Shown here in pieces: positions 9,565 through 17,317 of a DNA stretch of 43,026 nucleotides. Under the pieces are notes generated by a model. It saw nothing but the letters and a program-made list of their open reading frames with translations, did no database searches and was not told the origin of the DNA. Every line of letters starts with the position of its first letter. Position 1 is the stretch's first letter. The translations under genes and the position numbers were made by a program. This DNA is from Acidobacteriota bacterium (lineage in GTDB: Bacteria; Acidobacteriota; Terriglobia; Terriglobales; Acidobacteriaceae): contig JAZKBC010000096.1 in NCBI GenBank assembly GCA_040388825.1, positions 44,186-87,211 on the forward strand, given 5' to 3'.

Positions 9565-10989
9565 CTACTTGCCGGGTTGAATCTTCTCGACTTTATCGAC
9601 TTCATTGTCGAATTTCTTCTGGTCAAGGTTGGGGACCACGAACTTGGGGTTCTGCACAGCGGGTTCGCTCGGTTTGAGGGGGTCCACAACGGTTGCGGTG
9701 ACCACGATAATCAGCTCGCTGGTGGAGTGGTTGAGGTTCTTGGAGCGGAAGAGCTGGCCAAGGATGGGGATGTTGGAAATTCCGGGAATCTTGCTCAGCT
9801 GGTCGGTAACGGAGTGGTTGAGGAGGCCGGAGATGACGAAGCTCTCGCCGTCGCGAATTTCGACTTCGGTCTGTGCGCGGCGGGTGGAGAGTGACGGGAT
9901 GGTGATGCCGGAGATGGTTACGGCGTTGGTGTAGTCGAGCGTGCTTACTTCAGGCGCGATCTTGAGATGGATGGTGCCATCTTCGTTGGCGGTGGGTGTG
10001 AAGTCGACCTTGACGCCGTAGGGACGGAACTGGACGGTGACAATCGGGGCGGAGCCGGTGCCGCCGGGTTGAACTACGGGGAAGGGGAACTCGCCACCAG
10101 CGAGGAAGTTGGCGGCCTTGCCACTGAGGGTAGTCAGGGTTGGCTCGGCGAGGATCTGCAGGACGTTGTGAGATTCGAGATCCTGGATCGTGGCGCCGTA
10201 TCCGTGGGTGAACTGGAAAAGGAAGATGTTGAGTGGGTTGTTGGCGACTACCCCGGGGGCCGTTGTCCCAGAACCCTGCGTCGTGGTGAGGGTCGAGGGA
10301 AACATCCCCGTCGTTGTGCCGCCGACGACGTTGCCCATGGAGCGGACCAGGTTGACGCCGAACTGCTCGAGGCGAGTGCGATCGACTTCGGCGATGCGGA
10401 GCTTGAGCTCGACCTGCTTGCCGTGGATGGGGACGACGCGGAGGGAGTTGACGACGTCCTTCGTGTACTGCGCGGCGAGCTTGTTGATGCTGTCCACTTC
10501 TTCAGGTGTGGCGACGGACCCGGTCAGATTGATGCGGTCTTCGTTGCCCTGGACCTGAATGGCGTCGTGGGGAAAGGCATCGTGGAGGGACTGCTGCAGC
10601 GCCGCGGAGTCGAGGTCGGCGTGCACGTTGTACATGGTGGAGTGCTCTTCGGTGTCCCAGATGACGAGGCTGCTGGAGCCGGCGGCCTTGGCGGTGACGA
10701 CGACTTCCTGGGGGCCGGAGGTGAAGGTCTGCAGGATGGCGGGGTTGCCGACGTAGATGCGGCGCATGGCGTTGGCATCATGCAGGATGACGGACTGGCC
10801 GACGACGATGTGCAGCGAGTTGTTGGAACCCGCCTTCTCGATCGACATGCGCAGCGGCGGAATGACGGCGGAGGGACCGGCAGCAGCGGCGAGCATGGCG
10901 GGGGCCGACTGGGCGAACCCAGCGGTTCCGGCGGTGAACGCAGCTATGGCTAACGCGATCGAACGCGTGCTGGAGAAAAAGAGGTTCAT
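9565..10989 (-). CDS. cpaC: Tad pilus secretin CpaC/RcpA
   Basis: Signal peptide, 'LAEPTLTTLSGKAANFLAGGEFP', and the secretin signature 'KIPGISNIPILGQLFRS...ELIIVVT'. Confidence 0.94.
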   Translation of the reverse strand: MNLFFSSTRSIALAIAAFTAGTAGFAQSAPAMLAAAAGPSAVIPPLRMSIEKAGSNNSLHIVVGQSVILHDANAMRRIYVGNPAILQTFTSGPQEVVVTAKAAGSSSLVIWDTEEHSTMYNVHADLDSAALQQSLHDAFPHDAIQVQGNEDRINLTGSVATPEEVDSINKLAAQYTKDVVNSLRVVPIHGKQVELKLRIAEVDRTRLEQFGVNLVRSMGNVVGGTTTGMFPSTLTTTQGSGTTAPGVVANNPLNIFLFQFTHGYGATIQDLESHNVLQILAEPTLTTLSGKAANFLAGGEFPFPVVQPGGTGSAPIVTVQFRPYGVKVDFTPTANEDGTIHLKIAPEVSTLDYTNAVTISGITIPSLSTRRAQTEVEIRDGESFVISGLLNHSVTDQLSKIPGISNIPILGQLFRSKNLNHSTSELIIVVTATVVDPLKPSEPAVQNPKFVVPNLDQKKFDNEVDKVEKIQPGK

Positions 10990-11849
10990 CGCATGCCCAT
11001 TCTGAAGGTGTCTGTAGTGGTCTTGTCGCCGCTAATTGTCTGGACGGCAATGGTGGGTGGTGCAGCGGGCTTACCCGGTGCCGTGGCGTGGTGCACGACG
11101 GTGTGGACGAGCGGCTTGGAGGTCGGGTCAACGAGTTGCGCGAGCTCCATAGGAGGGTTGGTGGAGTGTTCCTTGTCGGAACCGCCACGCAGGATGAAGT
11201 GGATGGTGCCCTGCAGGCTGGCGAGAACTGCCTTCTGCGCGTCTTCGGGGCTGAGCAACAGGGTGACGACGTTGACCGAGACGGGCTTGCCTTCGGGGTC
11301 GGGCTGTACCTGGTGTCCAGTGGCAAGAACCATGGCGTTCTGAAGGACGCTGAAGGTGACGGGCTGAGTGTCGTTGTTGGTGGTGCTGATGCCGTTGAGG
11401 CCATCGGCACGAACCGTGGCGAGGACATCGACGTGCGAGCCGGGCATGATGAAGCCGGCGACGCCGACGACTTCGTCGGACTTGAGCGCGATGGCGCGCA
11501 TGCCGTTGGGGATCTCTCCAGCGAGGCCAGGACCGGAGCCGGGCGCGGTGAGGAACTGCTCGGTGATGGGCTGATCCTTGGAGACGGGATAGAGCAGCGA
11601 ACGGCCGACGATGAGTTCGGATTTGGTGAATGCGTCGGAGATGGGCTGGCCAGCCGGCCACTTGACCATCTCGAGATTTTCAGCCTTGAGTGTTTCGCCG
11701 GCGCCGAGCGGTTGGGTTGGTGCAACGTACATGAGCTCAGGCGTCTTGACGACGGCGCGAGCCTTCATGGTGCGGCTGAGCAGATAGGTGCAGGAACCAG
11801 AGATGAAGAGGCCGATTGCCAGGGCAATGGCCATGCGCTTGAAGTTCAT
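10986..11849 (-). CDS. cpaB: Flp pilus assembly protein CpaB/RcpC
   Basis: N-terminal TM, SAF-like region, 'IPNGMRAIAL...GVAGFIMPGSHVDVL', 'LQNAMVLATG'. ATGA overlap with cpaC. Confidence 0.93.
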   Translation of the reverse strand: MNFKRMAIALAIGLFISGSCTYLLSRTMKARAVVKTPELMYVAPTQPLGAGETLKAENLEMVKWPAGQPISDAFTKSELIVGRSLLYPVSKDQPITEQFLTAPGSGPGLAGEIPNGMRAIALKSDEVVGVAGFIMPGSHVDVLATVRADGLNGISTTNNDTQPVTFSVLQNAMVLATGHQVQPDPEGKPVSVNVVTLLLSPEDAQKAVLASLQGTIHFILRGGSDKEHSTNPPMELAQLVDPTSKPLVHTVVHHATAPGKPAAPPTIAVQTISGDKTTTDTFRMGMR

Positions 11850-12043
11850 AGCGTTACGCTCCCGTTAGCTTCCGCGACTGCAGCGGCCAGACGGCCAGGG
11901 GCAGCGGGAGATGCGGAGGAGACCACGGACAGAGCGATCACTGCGGAACGGCGATGGGTTGCCGCCTTTCCGGCCTGATGGATGCCGGCGGTACCGGTGA
12001 GTACCGCCGCGCCTGAACCAGCAAGTTGTGCAGGGCTAGCCAT
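11846..12043 (-). CDS. Small Ala/Ser/Gly-rich hypothetical protein (65 aa) between flp and cpaB
   Basis: GGAG SD 6 nt before ATG 12043; its TGA overlaps the cpaB ATG (ATGA at 11846-11849). No recognisable domain. Confidence 0.45.
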   Translation of the reverse strand: MASPAQLAGSGAAVLTGTAGIHQAGKAATHRRSAVIALSVVSSASPAAPGRLAAAVAEANGSVTL

Positions 12044-12109
12044 GGTGTGCTCCATCTTTGTGGATCGATGACCGGTGAGGTCGGGTAAAGTTCCCCCCCC
12101 TGATTTGTT

Positions 12110-12137
12110 CGGCGGATGACCGTATGGCCATCCGCCG
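12110..12137 (-). terminator. 12-bp stem-loop downstream of flp copy 2 (attenuator or mRNA stabiliser)
   Basis: CGGCGGATGGCC-ATAC-GGTCATCCGCCG on the minus strand, 26 nt after the pilin stop. This position is typical for setting pilin excess over assembly genes. Confidence 0.55.
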
Positions 12138-12163
12138 CCCAGGAGAAGACTGGTGATGAAAAG

Positions 12164-12334
12164 TTAGACAGCGCTGGTGAGCTGGCTGCCGACGCTCGAG
12201 AAAGCGGTGCCGATCTTGCCAGCAAGGGTGTTCATGGCGGTGACGGCCGCGAGACCGATAAGGCCGGCAACCAGAGCGTACTCGATGAGATCCTGACCCG
12301 ACTCTTCCTGCAGCAGATTCTTGAACATGTTCAT
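12164..12334 (-). CDS. flp: Flp family pilin, copy 2 (56 aa; absent from the ORF track)
   Basis: Translated by hand: MNMFKNLLQEESGQDLIEYALVAGLIGLAAVTAMNTLAGKIGTAFSSVGSQLTSAV*. SD GAGGAG upstream; first gene of the tad operon. Confidence 0.95.
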   Translation of the reverse strand: MNMFKNLLQEESGQDLIEYALVAGLIGLAAVTAMNTLAGKIGTAFSSVGSQLTSAV

Positions 12335-12671
12335 GATGACTTCTCCTCGTTGATTTTGTGTGCATTCGGTTTACGCGGCGCCCTGGGTAGTGATGGCTTG
12401 GCGAGTCCTCTTGCTTGAATTCAGGCTAGCCTGCACGAATGGGCATCTCAATGGCACAAAAGGTATGTTTCACCCGCAGGTAATGACCCCTAAGAGAGAG
12501 GCACATAACCCCTTCGTTGGATGTGCGAGCTGAAGCAACCCATGCCGATCCGGTCAGGCAGAACATAACTCCTGCCGGATAGCTTGCCGGGAGGCGCTAA
12601 GGACGTTTGCCTGCGGGGTTTATCGGAGGACGAAGGGACGGGGCGAAGCGTTGTCCGAAGATGCGACAGAC

Positions 12672-12713
12672 CTGCTGGCACCAAGTGAATTTGCTGCTGG
12701 CACCAAGTGAATT
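12672..12713. promoter_or_regulatory. Perfect 20-nt direct repeat, period 22 nt (CTGCTGGCACCAAGTGAATT x2)
   Basis: Copies at 12672-12691 and 12694-12713 in the divergent flp / GT-C intergenic region. The regulatory role is inferred. Confidence 0.5.
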
Positions 12714-12786
12714 ACTAGCGTGCTTGCAGCCCCGGGACGCTTTTCGCACCGTGACGAAAGTCATAACGGTACACTGGCAGCACTCT

Positions 12787-14262
12787 ATGCCTGAGTCCCC
12801 CCGAAAAGGTATTGTCGAAGCAGTGTTCAGCTTCCCAGTGGTGCTGGGAGCAGTGCTTGCGCTGTTTGTGGAGATCGTTGTTCCGCGCTCGCTGGGCGAC
12901 CCGGACATATGGTGGCATCTGCGCAATGCGCAGATCCTGACGACGACGCACCACTTCATCACGCAGGACGTTTTCTCGTTTACCGCGCTGCATGCGGCGT
13001 GGATGAACCACGAGTGGATCTCCGAGCTGCCGTTCTATGCAGGATGGTGCCTGGGTGGAGGCCGCGGAGTTTTCTGGGTGACCGTGCTCGAGATCGAGCT
13101 GGTGACGGTGGGAATTTATTTTCTGGCGTACAGGCGATCGGGAAGCCCGGTGGGGGCGTTCGTGGTGACCTTCCTGGGATTGTTTCTGTCGAGCGTGTCG
13201 TATGGTCCGCGAACGCTGCTGGCAGGATGGGTGCTGCTGATTGTGGAGCTGCTGATCCTGCTAGAGAGCGAGAAGCGGGCGTGGATCGTGTGGCTGCTGC
13301 CGCCGGTGTACATGCTGTGGGTGAACACGCACGGATCATGGATGATCGGGCTGGTGTTCCTGGGGCTGTACGTGGCGGCGAATGCGTGGGCGTTCGAGTG
13401 GGGCGCAATCAAGTCGAAGGGGATGAGCGCGGAGCGGCTGCGGAGCTTGCTGACGGCGAGTGCGCTCAGCATAGCGGCGCTGTTTGCGAATCCGTATGGA
13501 TGGCGGCTGGTGGCGTATCCGTTCAACATGGCGTTCCACCAGAAGCTGAATATTGCGAACGTGGAGGAGTGGAAGCCGCTGGACTTTCACTCGGTGCGCG
13601 GAGATATTCTGCTGGCGGCGCTGGCGGTGCTGGCGATCTGGCAGATCTACAAGAAGCGCGAGTGGGAGCTTTGGGAGCTGGCGTTTCTGGGGATGGGGCT
13701 TTACTCCGCGCTGATCCACGAGCGGTTTTTGTACTTGTTTTCGATTGCGGCGGCGCCGGTGATTGCGAGCCGCTTCCCTCTTCCGCGACGGACCGCCGAG
13801 TATAAGCCGAAGCCGCTGCTCAATTTCATGATCCTGACGGCGCTGGTGATTTTCGCGCTGCGGCAGCCGATTCCGGCGAAGGTGGACGATCAGAAGGCGA
13901 TGGAGGCATGGCCGGTGGATGCGCTTCCCTTCCTGCAGAGCTGGAAGCCCCAGGGGAATGTGTTTCAGGAGTTTTTGTGGGGCGGATACATGATCTGGAA
14001 TGTGCGGCAGGTTCCGGTGTTTGTGGACTCGCGCGTGGATATTTTTGAGTACAACGGGACGTTCAAGGACTACCTGGAGACGATCCACATTCAGCACTCG
14101 CTGGAGTTGCTGGACGCGCACCAGATTCGGTATGTGCTGTATGAGAAGGATGCGCCGCTGGCGTATCTGCTGATGCATACGCCGGGGTGGAAGACGGATT
14201 ACGAGAAGGGGAATGTGATTCTGTTGGAGCGCGTGGGGGCTATGCCGGGTAAGCAGCGATGA
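12787..14262 (+). CDS. Polytopic membrane protein, putative GT-C fold glycosyltransferase
   Basis: Likely start is ATG 12787 (MPESPRKG). Acidic first-loop motif 'DPDIWWHL...QDVFSFT...WMNHEW', many TM segments, and a C-terminal soluble domain 'WGGYMIW...VFVDSRVDIF'. Confidence 0.7.
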   Translation: MPESPRKGIVEAVFSFPVVLGAVLALFVEIVVPRSLGDPDIWWHLRNAQILTTTHHFITQDVFSFTALHAAWMNHEWISELPFYAGWCLGGGRGVFWVTVLEIELVTVGIYFLAYRRSGSPVGAFVVTFLGLFLSSVSYGPRTLLAGWVLLIVELLILLESEKRAWIVWLLPPVYMLWVNTHGSWMIGLVFLGLYVAANAWAFEWGAIKSKGMSAERLRSLLTASALSIAALFANPYGWRLVAYPFNMAFHQKLNIANVEEWKPLDFHSVRGDILLAALAVLAIWQIYKKREWELWELAFLGMGLYSALIHERFLYLFSIAAAPVIASRFPLPRRTAEYKPKPLLNFMILTALVIFALRQPIPAKVDDQKAMEAWPVDALPFLQSWKPQGNVFQEFLWGGYMIWNVRQVPVFVDSRVDIFEYNGTFKDYLETIHIQHSLELLDAHQIRYVLYEKDAPLAYLLMHTPGWKTDYEKGNVILLERVGAMPGKQR

Positions 14263-14271
14263 CTTCCCTCC

Positions 14272-14325
14272 GGGGCTAAAGCCCCTTCCTTGCGGCGGAC
14301 GAATTCGTGGGGCTGAAGCCCCACG
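14272..14325. repeat. Paired REP-like hairpins GGGGCTAAAGCCCC and CGTGGGGCTGAAGCCCCACG
   Basis: Two palindromes (14272-14285 and 14306-14325) with TAAA/TGAA loops between convergent genes. This matches the GCTAAAGC/GCTGAAGC repeats I recall from Acidobacteriaceae. Confidence 0.65.
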
Positions 14326-14347
14326 CTAATCCGGCAAAGCGAAGGTG

Positions 14348-15307
14348 TTATTTGCCGAGGCGGGTTTTGAGTTCTTTGGCGGTGGTGTTGGCCGCTTCGT
14401 AGATGCGGCCGAAGGTGGCTTCCTTGGCACGGTCGAGTGAAGCGGACTGGCCCGGAGGCGTGGGCTTGAGGCCGAAGCGGCGGAGGTAGTGGTTGGCGCG
14501 GTGGGCGCCGATGGTGGCGTTGTTGCGGCGCTTGAAGTTCATCGAGACTGAAACCGAGACTTGTTCGCCGTTCTGCAGCCAGTGGGGGAAGATGGCGGGG
14601 TTGAAGACTCCGTTGCCGGGGGCGAGAAGGTACTGCCAGTGACCGTGGGGGAGCGATTCGGGATAGTCGATCTTGGGGAGGTGGCCGGTCCAGTACTGCT
14701 CGAGCTGCGCGGGCGAGAGGACGGAGTGGTCGGCGCCGTTGTAGATGTAGGCATGCTTGGTGCCGTGGATCTGCGCTAGGAAGTTGGTTTCGCCATCCAT
14801 GTGGTACGGGGTGATGCGGCCGGGAGAGGTGACGAAGATGGTCATCGTCGGATCGTAGTAGGTGCCGGGAATATCGACGCCGGTGAGCCGGGAGAGGTGC
14901 GGGATGATGTCGGCGAGGACGTCGCGGTAGGTGGGGTCTTCGTGAATGCGCTTGAGGATGACCCAGTTCTTGCCGGACTCGATGGAAGCGAGGGCGTCGA
15001 CGAGGGTTTGACCCTCGGGGCGTGCGCCGAACCAGGCGTTGCGATCGGGGGAGCCGGACTCGAAGTGAGACTTGCCGGCGGTCTTTGGGTTTGACGCGAG
15101 GCGTTCGGCGGCGGCGAGCAGCGACGAGAGCTGGAAGGCCGGGTGATGGTCGAGGCCGTGGCGGAACTGGAAGGGCTGGTGATCGAAGTGGCTCGAGAAG
15201 AGAGCGCGGTCAGCGGGCTCGTGCGGGAAGAGCTCGGCTGTGGGCGTGATGATCGGTTCGATGACGATGGGGGAAGGGGCTTCCATCTCGAGTTGAGCGG
15301 TGCTCAT
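14348..15307 (-). CDS. JmjC/cupin-like Fe(II)/2-oxoglutarate oxygenase
   Basis: Start ATG 15307 with SD GGAG. HxD...H facial triad in 'TPYHMDGETNFLAQIHGTK' and 'FPHWLQNG'. Confidence 0.8.
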   Translation of the reverse strand: MSTAQLEMEAPSPIVIEPIITPTAELFPHEPADRALFSSHFDHQPFQFRHGLDHHPAFQLSSLLAAAERLASNPKTAGKSHFESGSPDRNAWFGARPEGQTLVDALASIESGKNWVILKRIHEDPTYRDVLADIIPHLSRLTGVDIPGTYYDPTMTIFVTSPGRITPYHMDGETNFLAQIHGTKHAYIYNGADHSVLSPAQLEQYWTGHLPKIDYPESLPHGHWQYLLAPGNGVFNPAIFPHWLQNGEQVSVSVSMNFKRRNNATIGAHRANHYLRRFGLKPTPPGQSASLDRAKEATFGRIYEAANTTAKELKTRLGK

Positions 15308-15446
15308 GAGGATCTCCGGTGTGGAACTGGGGATGCGATGCTGGAAGCGAGTGCGCTGGCTGTCGATATGCGGAGGCCGCAGCACGCTTCGTTGTAACGC
15401 GGCGGACGGACGAGCGGAATCCCCTGAAGGTGGAACGACTTTGGGG

Positions 15447-15467
15447 AGTTACCGCCGGATGGTAACT
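15447..15467. promoter_or_regulatory. Inverted repeat AGTTACC-N7-GGTAACT in a divergent promoter region
   Basis: Perfect 7-bp arms between the JmjC gene and the second GT-C gene. An identical half-site lies at 18566-18572, upstream of the flippase. Confidence 0.4.
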
Positions 15468-15526
15468 ACGCCGAGGGGTTCCGTTGGGGGATGTTCGAGA
15501 GATGACGGCTGCACTATATTCGGCGG

Positions 15527-17317
15527 ATGACTGTTGCGGTGGCGAGTCCGGCGAAGGCGGAGACGCGGAGTGCTGCGCGCGTGCGTTTGGGTGTTTGGAT
15601 GCGGTGGTTGCTGGTCGCGGCGAGTGTTGTGATTCTCACGCTGGGCGCCGTGGAGTGCGTTTACGGCAATACCGATAGCGGCGATGTGTATGGATCGGAC
15701 GCGGTGCAGTACCTGGATATTGCGCGTGCGATGGAGCGCGGAGATTGGCACTCGGCGTTGAATCCGCTGTGGAGCCAGGGATATCCAGCGCTGCTGGCGG
15801 CGGCGCGGCCTTTGTTTACGGCAGGGCCCGTGGGCGATTGGCGCGAGACGCGGGTTTTGAATTGCGTGATTTTTGCTGCCGACTATGCCGCGTTTTTGTT
15901 CCTGCTGATGGGGTTGGTGAGTGACCTGCGCGGGCGCGCGCGATGGCTGGTGGTGAGTGCAGGATTGATGTTGTTTGTGGCTTCGCAGGTTTGTCTGGGG
16001 CAAGTTTCGCGGGTGAGCCCGGATGAGTTGGTGAGTGCGTTCTTCTTCCTTGCCTGCGGGTTGATCTTGCGATGGGTGCGGGCTGCGGATGACCGCGTGG
16101 GACGCGGGGTTGTGTTGGGGCTGGTGCTGGGTGTGGGCTTTCTGGTGAAGGCTGTGTTCCTGCTGCTGAGCTGCGGGATGCTGGTGTTGCTGGCTGCTGC
16201 GCTGTGGTCGCGGCGGCGGAGTTTGCGGCCGTTGCTGGCTGCGGCAGTGGTGTTTGCGGTGATCGCAGGAAGTTATGGGACGGCGCTTTCTCGGTCTACG
16301 GGTAAAGTGACACTGGGTGAGGCTGGGGCGATCAACTATGCGTGGCACGTGGACCGGCTGCAGAAGTGGGTGCATTGGGAAGGCGGTGTGGAACCAGCAG
16401 CCGAGGCGTGGCCGAAGCCGTGGATCGCGCGTTTCGCGCAGTGGGATACGCGGCCGCCGGAGTTTGGGCTGCCGGTGCATCCGAGCGTGATTGTGCAGGA
16501 GAGGCCGAGGGTCTATGGATTTGCGGCGCCGATCCATGCGACGTATGTGCCTTACTTCGATCCGCCGTATTGGTATGCGGGCTACAAGCATGTGTTTGGG
16601 TGGCGGTACCAGGTGATTGCGCTGGCGAAGAGTCTGGGCGACCTTGTATCGGTGTTGCTGGCGTTACCGATGTTTTATGCGGTGGTGCTTGCGGCCGGGA
16701 TTTTGTTGTGGGGAAGGCGGCGGGAGGGGCTGCGGAGCTGGCTGCGCGAACACTGGGCGGTTGCGGCTTGCGGGTTGCTGGGCGTGGCGATTTATCTGCC
16801 GGTGCATTTGGAGGGACGGTACCTCGCGAGCATGCTGGCGGTGATCGGATTGTGCGCGATTACGGCTGGCGCGGCGGAGGTGAGTCGCGAGAAATTTCGG
16901 GTCGTGATGGCGGTGTTGGCGCTTGGATTGTTTGGTGCGCTGATGCGGACGCAGCTTCCGGTGTGGCGGAATGTGTTGCGGCATAAGTCGCCGATGCAGA
17001 CCGTAGATTGGAAGATAGGGCAAGCGGTGCTGGCGGCGCGTGTTCCGGCGCGTAGCCCGGTAGGCGTGGTGGCGTGGACGGCGAACCTGCACAGCGACTG
17101 GGCGTACATGGCACAGGTCGAAATTACGAGCGAGACGGCGACGCCGGAGGACTTCGATCTGTTCTGGAAGCAGGACGCTGCGGGGCGGCGCAGGTCGCTG
17201 GATGCATTTCGCCGGGCTGGCGCGACCGTGGTGTTCAGCTATGGCAAGCCTGACGGTGCGGATGGCGTGGGGTGGACGCATTTGGGCGATACGCCGATGT
17301 GGATGTATCGACTATGA
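15527..17317 (+). CDS. Polytopic membrane protein, putative GT-C (ArnT/PMT-like) glycosyltransferase
   Basis: 596 aa with multiple TM helices. First-loop motif 'SDAVQYLDIARAMERGDW...NPLWSQGYP', plus 'SPDEL', 'GFLVKAVF' and 'HLEGRY'. Confidence 0.7.
   Translation: MTVAVASPAKAETRSAARVRLGVWMRWLLVAASVVILTLGAVECVYGNTDSGDVYGSDAVQYLDIARAMERGDWHSALNPLWSQGYPALLAAARPLFTAGPVGDWRETRVLNCVIFAADYAAFLFLLMGLVSDLRGRARWLVVSAGLMLFVASQVCLGQVSRVSPDELVSAFFFLACGLILRWVRAADDRVGRGVVLGLVLGVGFLVKAVFLLLSCGMLVLLAAALWSRRRSLRPLLAAAVVFAVIAGSYGTALSRSTGKVTLGEAGAINYAWHVDRLQKWVHWEGGVEPAAEAWPKPWIARFAQWDTRPPEFGLPVHPSVIVQERPRVYGFAAPIHATYVPYFDPPYWYAGYKHVFGWRYQVIALAKSLGDLVSVLLALPMFYAVVLAAGILLWGRRREGLRSWLREHWAVAACGLLGVAIYLPVHLEGRYLASMLAVIGLCAITAGAAEVSREKFRVVMAVLALGLFGALMRTQLPVWRNVLRHKSPMQTVDWKIGQAVLAARVPARSPVGVVAWTANLHSDWAYMAQVEITSETATPEDFDLFWKQDAAGRRRSLDAFRRAGATVVFSYGKPDGADGVGWTHLGDTPMWMYRL

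Noticed and set aside
366-11978. Long antisense ORFs, e.g. 366-1397, 6049-6801, 7111-8268, 8284-9357, 9967-10953 and 11088-11978
   Set aside because: They are shadows on the opposite strand of well-supported genes, expected from high GC and biased third positions, and carry no domain motifs.
3863-12050. Shared 11-mer GCACACCATGG at the starts of both small ORFs (3863-3873 and 12040-12050)
   Set aside because: It is short, includes the ATG and SD spacer, and the peptides are unrelated, so it is plausibly coincidence.
3347-12334. Invertible pilin-switching cassette between the two inverted flp genes
   Set aside because: The longest identical DNA stretches are only about 11-12 nt, synonymous sites are heavily diverged, and no invertase or recombinase is in the window.
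12672-12713. CRISPR array or sigma-54 promoter at the direct repeat
   Set aside because: There are only two copies separated by 2 nt and no cas genes. The spacing from TGGCAC to TTGC is 9 nt, not the 5 nt required for a -24/-12 promoter.
12607-12786. N-terminal extensions given by the ORF track (also 15308-15385, 17272-17313, 18614-18745, 34046-34129, 38880-38927, 39794-39976)
   Set aside because: Downstream starts with SD motifs or stop-start overlaps fit better; the extensions run through intergenic DNA or the neighbouring gene.
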